A stretch of 64,000 nt of DNA from the NCBI GenBank assembly GCA_977030845.1, contig OZ365113.1:11966001-12030000 (forward strand). The letters run 5' to 3'. The translations under genes and the position numbers were made by a program. Shown in pieces: positions 15,055 to 28,400 of this stretch. The notes beneath the pieces were generated by a model. It was not told where the DNA came from and did not search any database. It saw only the letters and a list, made by a program, of their open reading frames with translations. Each line of letters starts with the position of its first letter. Positions within the stretch are counted from its first letter, which is position 1. Source of the stretch: Fimbriosthenelais zetlandica. Taxonomy: Eukaryota.

Positions 15055-15282
15055 ATTTGCTATTCACCCGATTAAATTATCCATTTTGTTATAAAATTAA
15101 ATTTTTTTAATTGTGGATGGATGTTTGAGAATGGATGGGGTTGGTGGGAGGGGGCTAGCATTCGTAGGTTAATAATGAGGGCGGAGACGATGGCAGAGGT
15201 TGGAATCCAGGACTCTTAACCATAGGTTTTACCTATTCGGCATTTGTTATTCACCTGATTAAATTGCTCATTTCATTATAAA
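15055..15282. repeat. Diverged local duplication, period about 187 bp
   Basis: atttgctattcacccgattaaattatccattttgttataaa (15055-15095) versus atttgttattcacctgattaaattgctcatttcattataaa (15242-15282), 34/41 identical. Each copy is followed by a G/T-rich tract. Confidence 0.75.
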
Positions 15283-18200
15283 TGAAGGATGAGTGGGTGT
15301 GAATGTGGGATGTGGGATGGGTGGCTATGCAGGTTGGTCGAAGGGTGTGTGAGAGACTATAACAGGGGTGGCAGGGGATGCAATGTAATGAATTGATTTT
15401 TCAATTTTCGATCTCATCAGAAATGCCAGTGAAATTTGTCTTCATCAGCTACTTCATTCTTTGTATATACATGCATGCATCGTTGAATATCAAGAATAAT
15501 TTGAACTGAATGTCTGAACATATGTCACATTTACTACACCATCTTTAAACACGAAAGTCTCTTATTCCAAACTTTCGTCCTTCCTGCTTTCTTTAAGAAA
15601 TCAATAACATCGACTAATGCACCACAGGTCGGTGACACTTTCTCTCGCCCTGCTTTGCTTGTTCGATAAAGGCCTCCATTCTAGTTTACCTTGGTACAAC
15701 AGGTTCTGTCTGAAGCCTTGCCGTGCAACAAAGCAGTGTCTTTGCTATGAGAGAAACCTTGTTGATGTTTATAGACTGGCTGAGTGTCTGTCCTCATGGG
15801 GATTTCATGTTATTACCACCTGAAATATCTTTCGCACTAACCTGCATCCAACTTATACTATATCAAATGAACAGATTTCAGAATATCTGAAGGATGCATA
15901 AAGGATACTATAATGTTTATAAATGATATCTTGTCGGATCCAGTTTATCTAACTATGGTCTTAATTTTCTTGCCTGGGCAAAGGAATGTCCTCATTGCAA
16001 TATTGAATAAGTGAAATTCCCATGGCTTGATTTCATGAGTTCGCATCCCCCATGAGGTCTTCCATAATTGTAATTCCAAACTAATGAGTTCACATTAATC
16101 AGATGTTCCTGACAGAAGAATCCCCTTTGAGCAGGAGCTTCTTCTGAAATAATGAGAGCTTAAATCATCTCATTAGAATCACCCTCCCGAACCCCAGCAA
16201 TAAAGTGAATTTTTCCTCAGATGAAAGATTAAAGTGATATCCAGGGGGCACAATTGGTTTCAATCTGATGTTCCTTCAACTTGCTTGAACTTTCTCTGTC
16301 GGAACCCATAAAGATTTAGATGTCTTCCTCTTTGCATAAACAAGATGGAATGCAATGAAAATCCCATAATTACTTTCTCTGTATTAATGATTACATTTTT
16401 ATTGTGAGGAATATTGTAAAATTAATCCCGAACAGGTGTAAGTAATATATCTACGGAACCTGTCCTATACATATTCCTCAGCATCATTCTGGATAGGCTT
16501 CGCTATAGAATTTATGGTCTATTTCATAGAATAAAAATAAAATAAAAGATAAATAACGGAAGCCTACGCACCACGGCAACCATTGCCTTTCCTATTCCTA
16601 TACTTGTAGCCCACAAATCCCATTGCATCAATAGACACACTCAATCTCACTCCATCAACCACCGCAAGAATTGTGAGCATCATGTCTAGTGGGCGGTAGA
16701 TAGCTTCAAGTACCAGCACAAAATATTCCTTCTGATTTGATCAACAACGGGACTTTACATCAGCCCAATATTTGCCGTCTGATAGCAGCTAGACCCGATA
16801 TTGCATCAAAGCACCCAGCATGTGTTCGCATCTGAGGCAATGCTTATTCCTTCTATAGTTCTTGCTCTCTACAAGACTCCAATAATAATGATATCCTCTT
16901 TTATTCACTGAATCCTGGAAGAGTGTAGAAATATATTAGCTCAGACATTTCACATTTAACTTGACTTCCCAATCAGGGCACGCCGTCTGATCGCATCGCA
17001 GGCAACACTTGACTATAGCACTGCGACCACCCACCTTGTAATTCTGATGAGCCCATCCAGCTAATGTCCTCTGCCCTCCCGTCCTCAGGTCACCTGCAAC
17101 TTCCTATATGAAAAGGAGTTGGCGCCATGTGGTCAAAGGCCAAATTGACAGAGGACAATCAGTCAAAACTGGAGGTGCAATCGATCGACCGTTTTCTCTG
17201 CCTCGTCCATCCTTCTCTTTTGAGGTTTAGAGACAGATAGCAAGGAAAGGCTCGTAATGGAAACTAGGTTTTCCTGGTAAAGATAGATTTTCCTCTTCCC
17301 TAGGAACCAGTTGGACCTGAGCAGAATGATCGGATTATGGGTAGCATCTAGGAATTTACCTCTTCTCCAACAAGAGAGCCACTTGGATATCCATTTGGTT
17401 AGAGGTCACCAAAAAGATTGGATAAACAAAAGCAGCTTTGATACCGAAGGAGGATTTAAGAAAGTGGGGCCACGCATCTTAAGTTGAGGCTACTGCCTGA
17501 TGAAACTGAGCTTAGTATTTATAGTAAATTGAATGCCTTCTACAGCATGGGATACTTTGCTTCCGTGAGGTCTTTATCTCCAGCTTGAAGATCTAGAAAA
17601 TAATAGTCATGAGAGAAAGTAAATGACCTTTTCATGTAGTTCTCCTTACAACCTAAGGAGGAAGTATTTATGAGCATGCGCACAACAGGCGGATATCCGG
17701 TTACCACTGGGGCCATTAATTCCGGTAGAAGCCTTTGGTTTGCAATAGGAAAAGGTTGAACTGTAAGCTGCCTTGGTTTGGGGCCTTAATGTTGGCTGGT
17801 GACCAGTGTGGCACACAATCAACATCCTGCTCCTCAGGGTGTCCATGTATCGAGGTTCTTAACTTTCAGTTCTTGGTAGATGCAGGCATTGAGTGAACAA
17901 TGAAGCTCATTGATGCAACCATCCTCTTTTTGCATCAGCAGAAAAAAACGTGGGGAAAGAATATACATGTACCTGTATATTGGACATCTTTATCTTGAAT
18001 GGAATCCAATATCTACTGGACGTTATGCTTTCACCTTTTGCCTCAATAGTTGGTCAAGTTATCTCAGGAAAAAATAGTTTATTCTTCCAAACACATTTCA
18101 AATTATGTATCTGAATGGAGATATTTGATTCCCTGTATACTTGTATTAAAAACAACCAACCCAGCTCATACATTTAATGAGCCTTTCCTCTATACCCCAA

Positions 18201-21200
18201 GGGAAATACCTCTTTCCATCTTACTTTTTGAGGGGATGAAAGGCCCCAACAAGGAGCATGACTCGTACAAGATGGAAGGTGATAGTATTTCAAAGCGTCC
18301 ACTTCAGATAGGGATCGTGAAGAAGGTAACCTATATGAAAGAAGTTCCCTTCTTCAGCCTAGGTCGCCTGACTATACTTTAATGTTGAATCACCTTACCC
18401 TTTGCTTTTCTGCACATCTCTAAAGTGGAGATGGGGAGGTGTTTGTGTATGTGTGCATGAGGGTGTGTGAGAAACTGCAAGTGTAATTATTTTGTGTGCC
18501 AAGGAGGGAGGTGGCGCACAGCCTAAATAGTTATCCCCTTGCCCAGACGTGGATGGGTCAAAGGGAGTAACGAAATTACACGAGGATTGGCCTAGGAGGA
18601 ACATTCGATTTGGCGAGTCAAAGGCTGGCTTGGCCCTGTAGCGAGCATCGTAAGATTAATTGAATGATTTGCTGCCTCAGATAAGAAGAGGCTAGAATGA
18701 AATGCCGCTTAATCGCTTTGCTTCAACTTGTAAGTAATTAAATGATTGATTAAAAGAATTGCTGAGATTCTATGGTTGATAGGCCAACTGGATCACAGAA
18801 ATTTTTACCCTCGTAAATGTTGGATGGAGCTGCCCTCAAACGGAAAGCAACGCTAAGTTAAGCCTGGTTTTATACATGCAATAGAGATAGAATACCCAAA
18901 CTATTGACCATTGAAAACGCAGAGATCCTTAGATGCCTTCAGTGACCAGTCTGAAAGTGTTGATAACATTTAGCTATGATCCCGTCAACCATTGAATGTG
19001 TATACCACCATGAGCTGAAGCTAGCTTGTATGTCTACTGTGAAACATAATTCATGCAAAATAGGCGAAAATAATCACATAGGATTTACACTATTGTCCAT
19101 AACCCAATCTCCAAGCTTTAAAAACTAGGTACGAAATTGACAGTCCACATATCACGTAATGCAATAAAGGCCATCCCTCATTGAAGGTATCCAATTATGC
19201 AGATATTGTGCTTTCTTTAGGCAATTCCGCTTAGATAAGTCTAAAGTGATTGCACCAAGACTTAGGGAATATTAATTAGTTTATGCTATCTTATCATGAT
19301 TGATTGCATCGTCAAGGGTGATTAAACAGAGTCTTGGTTGTGGGGAAAGCTGAGGAAGCTGCCAGCAGTCCACGGGGCTTGGCTAATGTTCCTTTATTGT
19401 CTCATCTCGTCAAAAAGTGAGCATCATCACCGTATTATTGAGTAGCTCTGATGAGTGGAGGTAATAGACTCTCCAATATGCAAAACCTCGAGTATTGACC
19501 ATCTGAAGTGAAAAAGATGATTATTGTAGTTCCAATCAGTTACGACATGTATGAGGGCCACATAATGAATAAGCAGGGAAACAATATATTAGGCATTATT
19601 TAAGTTTCTCAATATATATTGAAGAAAGTTGCAAAGGGAGCAGTTTTTGGATGGTTGAAGAACTTTCTTCAACAATAAGGATATAAATACAGTTCACTTT
19701 GAGGGAAACGTGATAAATTAAAATGTATGACGCTTGTCTATCCATCCATTCTATCAATCAATCATTATTACACTATATCCAGGTGTCATTTAGATGAATA
19801 AAACATCAACCGAACAGTAGCTCAAAGTACAGTGTTTTTAATGAGTTTAGATTGAAAAGATAAGAAAGTTAAAATGTCTGTTGGAAGTTGTTGTGAAGCC
19901 TGATTAATGTTTTCTGTTCATATCCAGGGACGTTCCTTTGTCTTTAAAGCTCTATAGCTGTGACATCTCTATTGATTATGTGATGTTTCATTCCATCCTC
20001 TCTAGTATAAATCTCCCCTTTGGTCCCCTTTCAACAGTAAAATGTAAGTTCTCAACATAGACAGCATTCTCCAGGGCCTTAATCCAATGGAACCTGTAGG
20101 AATGTGTCTATAATTATCTCCATTAATCTAAGTGGGAGGCCAGAGTCTTTTTTTACTGTTCTTGCGGCAAGCTCAATTACCTTTCATCATGGTCAAAGAG
20201 CCAACTTGGCCTCCCCATCCATTGGTTAGAATGAGAACTCTGGTCTCATTCCACTTAAGTGAGCTCTTGTCAAAATCCTATGGACTTTCCAGAGGATGAG
20301 GGTCAAGTCTTTTTAGTTTATGACTACCTTTTTATATTCCCATTTCCAGTCACTTGCTCTTTAAGTGTCGGATATTTCAATCCCAATCTATGCCAACTTG
20401 TCAAGTCTCTGGCTTTGCCAAAGGATCAAACTTTCCATTACCCAGATCATTCTTCTTGGAGATTCATTGTACAGTTTATTGACATAGTTTGCGCTGCAAA
20501 AACAACCTTCCGTAATCGTATTTCTGACATGACGGAAGGTTAATTAAGATCATAGTACCATTATAACTTCTTCCACTAATATTGTTGGACTATACTGAAT
20601 AGTCGAATAGTTAAAACTGACAGGAAATGGTTCCATGGCCAACAGTGTACTTCCATTCACAGAACTCTTCACTGAAGTGAAGATGAAGTAAGGGGAGCAG
20701 CACTCAATGAAAGCCATGACTGCAGTCCACAAATCTTGTGTTCCATTTCTCTAGCTGAAGCCTCCTCCCTCTTCTTCCCACTGGAGGGATACAATTACGG
20801 GGAAACTGTGGGCCTAAGGTGTATTCCTTTCCACATTTCCATACAGCTCTTCCCCTCCCCTAAAAAGAGAACAGATGTTCATGGATTCTGCAGTCTGCAA
20901 CATTTCCTGTCTATGTAATACCCAATGGGTTATGCATATTGAATATATCACAGTGAATTAATTTTTTTAAAGTTAATACATATGTCATTTTTCTATTTCT
21001 ATAATTAAAGATGTGACGTGCAGTTTAATAGATACAGTAAAGTACATGTGTACATATAGGCCCTATTTCCTTTTTTTTTTATACTACTTACGAACCTTGA
21101 TGCTGTCTCTAGGAAGTTCGGCTAGGCTACTTCTTAAATACTTTTCGTTTTACATGCACCTTTAATTGATATCATTGGTGACCAAATGGCACAGGTGTCT

Positions 21201-24200
21201 AGTTGGAACTAGAGTTTATTTCTGAAATAATAGAAAAAAACAGGGTGGCATATGTATGGGAGGAGCGTGGGGTATACACAATGTCCAGCCACTGCCATGG
21301 AGTGATCTATGTCTGGCTAGTGAATGTCTATGGGAATGAATAAGTGAATCCAGCAAACGCCTTGACAGCTGGCCAGGGTTGGTGAACACTAAGTGGCACT
21401 TAGGGAGCGGTGAAAACTAACAAGGCCAGCCTATAGTGACTAGCCATAGAGAATGACAGCATCACGTACAGCCCGGATGGTGGCTGAGATGCATTCATTG
21501 TCCAAGCCCACATTCAGGGTGTGAAGGCTGCACAGAAGAGGGTGCTATGGAGTGCTCGTTTTGCATAGTTTCCACTTAGAGGAACAGTCAGCCAGTTAAA
21601 TTTGTACTTTGTGCAGGGGTGTCCATTCTTACTAATGAGAGCAGCATTGAAAAATAGATGACGATTTGCCTCATGTATGCGGACCTTCCACTGCATGAAG
21701 GGGCTTATTTCAGCAATGATGATGATGTGAGAATGCCTCTCTGCATCCCCCTGACCTTATCAAGGATGCAGGAAGTGAAGGAAATCAAGATTTGTTCAAG
21801 AGGATTGTCTTAAATATTTAACAAAGGTTCCTGTCATTGTCCTTCCTCAGTTTTTAGTCACTAATCGCACACCCGCTCGCCGATTTCCTGCACAACAAGA
21901 CGCTTGGTCTTGTGATACAAGATGAACTTTTCACCAGACTTTCTCGGCAGCATAAATTTGCAAAACGTTTCAGTAATGCAAATAGGCCTTCACTGCCAGG
22001 ATGAAATGCAAGGAATATTTCCCATGCCATTGTTTTTCGTCTGCCTGTAATATGCATAATTCATTCAGCAGAGATTTCGTATTTCAATTTAGGTGAACAA
22101 TATCTCGAAAGACAGAAATCTTATATCCATTTCATGACATCTATGAATCATATCAGCCCGAGGTGGCGTGACACCCCGGGGATTAATGAATGAAAATATT
22201 GCCCTTATTTTTGGAGGAAAAGCTGTCTGATCATAAATAAGTGTTATTTCTTTAAGGGCAAATGGCCTGGATCCTGCAAGCTTCAAGCAAATTGACAGGC
22301 GAGTTCTGGCTCTTAGAATTATTTGAACGAATTCGCACGCACATTTTTATTCTATGAATTTCTTGCAGGATGTTTCTTTTACCACTTGAGGATTTCTTAG
22401 GGATGGGGTACTGCATGGGGATAGGGGTTGAGTGACCAGCATGATAGGTGTGTGGGTGTTTGGGGAAGGTTGGACCAGAGAGACTACACTCTTTGGTTGG
22501 ACAGAGGGTGGTAGATCTGAGTGGGGAAGCTCAAGATTGCAATTGGCCATTATATACGCCTCGATTTGTTCCTCTCCTTCCTTCTACCTGCAATTCACAC
22601 ATTAAAACTGGCATGGACCATTCAAGTTTAGACCGTCTCTTAAAAGTGAAGAATTGATTTATAATCACATCTCGACAGCGAAATTAGTATGTTAACTACC
22701 ACTCCATCTCCCTTTTCTTTCCAGTCCGTCCATGCGAAAACTTTAATTATAGTCAATTCCATCCCATGGTAAAAGATATTAGATCGCGGTGATTATAGGC
22801 TTAATTTCTAGCAAAGGATAAGGGGTTCTATTACGTCCGGCTGCAAGTCATACACGGAGAGAGACAGCGAGGCAAAGAGGTGGGGTGGGGAGGATGAGAA
22901 AAATAGAAGTAAAAATAAAAGGGACTTTTTTGTTGCTTAATGACTAGATTTTGATCTCGGGGGCTAAGGGGATCGAGTTCTTGACTATAATAGATCAAAT
23001 AATTATAATGTTGAACTATTCTTAGTCAAAAAAGCCTCCCCCTTCATATATTGACAGGGAAATGCCATGGTTAATATGTAGCATTTTAATGAGATATACG
23101 TGAAGAAAGTAATTGGGAGAGTGCTATTCCAATCCAAGTATTGATTCCAATCCAGATTCTAACTTGACTTGTGGAGAATAATAATAATCCTCGCCATATG
23201 TCACTTTCCCAAAGCATATGTGATAAGATTCCCATATCAAACAGATCAGTTACTTCATGGAAATTATAATGAAGTCCTATAGCCTATACTTCATAATATA
23301 TTTCACTTCCTCTCTATTGAATATACCAGTGTATCAAATATAAGACATTGCAATTTATGTTTTTCGACAATTGCAGAATGTGTTTCTTCTTCCCATTAAG
23401 CTATTTCAATGGCTCTATAGAATCAGCACCAACAATGGGATCCTACACAGCCTCCGACAGGGATGGACTGAAAGAGAGGGAAGGAGGCAGACACACAATA
23501 GAGATAACCTTTGGTCGCCTCCCTCCATCTCATAAAAAAAACCTCTCCTGATAAGAACGATAATAGTAGGGGACAATAGGAAGCAGTGTTAGCCAACAAG
23601 GCACTTAGTCATAATTGTGATGATCTGTGTTTACAATGCCCGTCACTTCGCTTCAATGAAGGGACATTGATTCTACAATAATAAACAAGATTGTAGTGTC
23701 ATTGTGTCTCTTTATTTTATTTTTTACCTTACCATAGCTTTCTTTGAATTTTATCTCTGGCCCTTGCAGAGCTCTTCCTTTCTTCTGTCCATTAAAGTCT
23801 TTTATATGATCCTAGCTCTTTCACTTAACGTTGGCTGTCTTAGAACTTATTTAATGTGAACATCAGTATAAAACAATGGAAGCAGTCTGGCGTCTGACTG
23901 TTGCATAGGTTTTTCAAAAATATGTAACGTGTGTTTCATAGATCCTTTTCGAGTTCACAGAACTTATTCCTATGCGTTTGCGAGCAAAACCTGCATGGAT
24001 TTAGGAGGATACGAGCACTGATGGCACTGTGAGAGGGGCATGTTCACACCTCATGAAAGAGGCGATTACAAGTGAACATTAAATAAGATTTATAGCTTAC
24101 CAGATGACTATTACTAGTCCGTGGATGTAATAACTATAATCAAGGCATGTTAAGGGAGCACTAGATTCAGTGTTTCAGAAACTTGCATCCTAATTTTAAG

Positions 24201-26899
24201 CAATTTTCGTGCACGGTTTAGCACGCAATATTCTCATTATCTGAAATTACTATGAATGAACCCAATGCTCCGAGACACATTTCTGAAACAGCACCTTCCA
24301 ATATAGTAATATATATATATATATATTTTTATTATTATTAAATATGATATATTTTTGTCAATGAATACATTGCTGATTAGTGATTTGAAAAAATAATTGT
24401 TGAGGATATTCAGGGCATTGGGATTGCCTAAATGGGAGGATTGCCTAAATAGAATGACTATGAATTTTGCGAAGATTGCTTGAATTGGATTAGTCCTGTC
24501 TAGAGTATAAGTTATTGCAGAAAGCAATTCATCAAAAGCAAGATGGCAAGAGATTAGATTATGTGCCTTTACGCTAGACAGTGTTATCTGATAATTCAGG
24601 TTGGGGTTTGGACAGTGTACTATCAGTAGCAAGGCTATTGATACTGTCAACCGAACCTTCCGCTTGCTAGAACAACTCAGCAGTTACAAGCTACACAATA
24701 CGAACAGGAAATCTCCTGATTAATATCCTTCTTTAGCTCTACATGCAAAATGTAGTTATCCACATCATAGATGACCTGGTTATAGAGGTTAAAGAGATTT
24801 ATAACATTGAGTGTGTCATTCATAACCGAACTTCCGCTAAAATTCAGTTTTCAGCATTAATATTTTGTTTCTTTTATGGAAAAATCACTTCACTAGAAAG
24901 ACGTGTTTGTTTAGTTCATAACCATAGACTACTGTAGGCTAAGTGGATAGTGCATTTTGTCGTGAAAGGGGTTCAAGCTGTACTATAAACATCTTGTAAT
25001 ATGGATTTCAATATGTCTGTTTTTATAGTACATACATGCATATAGGTATGTCCAAGTGTCATCATCAAAGTCCCTGCTGGGGCCAGTATAATATTATAGG
25101 GCCATACGAATAACATTACAGGTCCTTACCAGGCATCCCTCTATGGCCGGATCCATTTATCAATCACTTCCAATAAAGCATAGGGGGAACACCTATGTCT
25201 GTGATGGGAGAAGCTGGGAGGGGGCAACTAGTACATCACACTAGATGTCATGAAACATTACTTTGATCAGTATAATCCCACACACCAGCCTCCACTCTAC
25301 CTACACGTTTGGAACTGCTTTGTGATCTTGTATCATATCGTCCTGCGTAAGTTCATTCAGGACACGGCCAGTTTGCCTATATCATTTAGGACAACTCATT
25401 CTCTTGAGGAAACTTCTGCCTTTGATCACTCTATCTAGCAATGTATATACATATACCTGGATCCGATGGGCATTTTATCATCCCTTGTATCGGTATGCAG
25501 AAATCTATGTAAAGTGGCCGAAGGACAATGTCATCCTGCATGCCCATTTATGTATTTACAGTATATGCATCAGTGTTGTTCCTCCCATCAACATTATGAC
25601 CAAACTTCTTTTAATCAAGGTGGTTTAAATAATCTCTGAAGTCGTTGTCTGTAGGTCTACTCAGCAAATTGTTACTATGATATTTATGACTAACCAATAT
25701 GTAGTACAGGTCTTAGTACAGGTACTAATGTTTATAATTAGGTTACTCAGATATTGATGTGGAAGATTGACTGATTTTTATTTGGATCTGCGCTGCAAGC
25801 AAACGAGCAAGTCTTCTGTGGCCGTTCACCCAGACAGTCTCTTGGGATAGAGAATTGCTGAGAAACTCTCTAAACACTCTGTTAAGAGATGTGAACCTTA
25901 ACTAAGGGCGATGGAGGAAGCCTGATAAGCCCTATCATAAACTCGACAGACTCTCATTGATTCATGGCCAGTATTCTCCAGCGATTTGATCGAGTTGTAC
26001 ATCAGGCTTTGGACCCTCAGCATTGGCAGAGACTGTCCACACTGAAGGCTATAAAGGGCCCACTGTCCAGCCAAATCACAGGGCTCACACACTGCGATAA
26101 GTCTTTATTGCCTAAATTGACTCTATACCCCATAGTACTGCCTAGTATTGGGGGGCCTTAGGGTGTTACCTTGAACCATGCTATCACGGTCAGCGCCTAA
26201 GCAAACAGGGGCATGGCAGGCCCTAAGGCCCAATCCAATGGTAGGCCATCCATATTGCAGTGAGACTGTTCTTGCCCTCGCTGTTCTCTATAATATGAAG
26301 TAGCTCTGAATTGAAGAAGCTTACCTTCCTCGGGTTCATATAATAGGAAACATAAAGAGGTAGTATAATTCTGCTGGCAAAATAATTCATCTGCAATGTT
26401 CCGGCATGCCTCAGGACAAATTGCTACTAGCAGGCACTATAGGTATAGATTGTGTTTGTTAAGGAAATCTTGACGTAACTTGCCATTTGTTTGTATTGTA
26501 TGTTGCTGATCCTGGGACACATGGAACGTGTCGCTATCAAATCACTTATTGAGGTTGAAAACTTATGGCTTACGGTCAATGACATGGTCTGGCAATAAGC
26601 TGGATAAGTCCCAGTGGGCAAGTTTATGACTGGTGTGAAGGGTCTGGACAAAAAGGAATAATTACCAGCGGAACTACTGGGTCGGAAAGTCATTGCCAAT
26701 CTCATCTTTCTGCAGATGGATGTATAGTGCCTTATTAGTGCTATGGATTATTTCCTTACAAGCCTTGCTGACCTACATCGAATCCCATGTAAATTTACTT
26801 ATTTCTCTAGCTTATATTTATAGTCAACTGTGCCAATTTGGGCTTTTATGTGTGCTATGAATACTCAAAGGTCCCTTTACTGAAGCCACAGTGGAACGC

Positions 26900-27015
26900 C
26901 TTTCACGTCAGCCTCCTCCTGACACACATCACGTGGGCATGTACACAAGGACGGAAGTGGTTCTGCATATATGGGAAGTTAGTGGGTGGGCTCCTGTAAT
27001 CCCAGCCCCGCCCTG
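26900..27015. promoter_or_regulatory. Promoter/enhancer-like cluster (CRE half-site, E-box, ETS, GC box)
   Basis: cacgtca 26904-26910, cacgtg 26930-26935, cggaagtg 26952-26959, ccccgccc 27006-27013. Confidence 0.35.
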
Positions 27016-28269
27016 GTATAATTGATGCCCTGATGATGTGCCCTTGCTCCAAGATACGGCCACCAGTCTTATTCTCATATCTTGACCTTGTTTTTCAATG
27101 GATTTCTCGAGGGCAAGGCATGGCCTTTACATGAATTGAAATCCCCGAGTCGTGCATTTCATCAATTTGGATATGGACTGCAACATTAAAGTCTTGACTT
27201 TGTTATGTTTGATGGATATGTTTGTAACTTTGGAAAATGTCAGCAAGAAAACTATAGGCCTGTGGCAAGTCCCATTTGGTAAGTGTACTGTTGACAACGG
27301 TATTTTTCTTCTGTGATATAATGAAGAGTACCGACCTCTGATGTAATTGGTTCTTAAATTATTCAGTGGCTTTTGTCACCAGAATTCCATCTCATTTATT
27401 TTCTATCCCCAGCTATGCTTGTAAAACAATACAGTTCATTTTGACATAACAAAGCCCGATGCATTTGAGGCTATGTGCTCTTAATATACATGTATCATCT
27501 CCTACTATAGGGAGGGTGCACGGTCCCTCGCCAGCCTCAAACAACAAAAAGGAGATTAAATGTGCACAAAATGTAATATTGTCATCTGGATATGCACACA
27601 CAAGTACGTCACAAATAATAGGCACATTGTCAGTCCACTGTTCCACGTTTCCAGTGATCTACCGGTGATTTTTACATCAAATCAATTAGGGAGCGGGGTG
27701 GGAAGGGCAGCGCTATCACTGGAGGCAAGTCTTTGAAAGCTATCCAGACCCCATTGAAAAGTCAACTGATATTCATGTGTCATGGGGTGGAGGACTTATT
27801 CCCAAAGATAGCGGACATGGCCGCAGGGGAAAAGTGTAATACTGTTTTCCTTTGATGTCCTTACAAAGAGTATGGTTCAAATGGGAAACCCATAAAATAC
27901 TTTGAATGGGTGACCATATAGAATATTAGAGACAAGCTCGATAGTAGTTAGACCTGTCGACCTTTAAACATGCAATGCAAATAGGACTAACCATTATTTA
28001 GGACTAACATGGATTTCAATTTGCTGATGGAAAAATACATTGAATAGAAAAAGTCCATTCATGTTTAGATTAAAATTTAAATATGAGAGAATTTGTATGA
28101 CATTTAAATGTGATGTCGCCTACACTCCTGTATATTTTTATGATGTATTATATTAAGGCTTTGGTTCTCGAGGCAGCCTAAATGCGCTGACTTTGTACTA
28201 ATTAATAGTAACACAAGCATTGCATGTATTCATTAAACATCAGTGTAAGTTAGGAGCCCCCAAAGGCCC

Positions 28270-28400
28270 ATTCCCCGCCATCGTGCTATGTCGTCACGGC
28301 AACCTGACGACCATGTTTTTGTGGTTTAGTGCACCGGAAGTCTGTTTAACATCACTTCCGTTTCAAGTCGTCACGTGACCAGACGAGGTCATGTGATCGA
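28270..28400. promoter_or_regulatory. CpG-dense promoter-like motif cluster (ETS x2, CLEAR/USF E-box, M-box, CRE-like, RFX half-site)
   Basis: ccggaagt 28334-28341, acttccg 28354-28360, GTCACGTGAC 28370-28379, tcatgtga 28389-28396, gtcgtcacggcaac 28290-28303 and tgacgac 28306-28312. About 13 CpG in 180 bp (28260-28440) against a CpG-poor background. Confidence 0.6.

Noticed and set aside
16560-16760. Minus-strand IFCAG..SCGG resembling a trypsin-like protease C-terminus
   Set aside because: Multiple stops and no GDSGGP motif.
20504-20541. 10 bp inverted repeat aaccttccgt/acggaaggtt
   Set aside because: Arms of this length with an 18 nt loop are expected about once or twice by chance in 64 kb.
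26153-26231. 11 bp inverted repeat gggccttaggg/ccctaaggccc with an inner 6 bp stem
   Set aside because: Borderline chance expectation at this spacing, and no TSD or second copy was seen.
26993-27006. cctgtaatcccagc, identical to a piece of primate Alu
   Set aside because: Only 14 nt with no flanking Alu similarity; compatible with chance.
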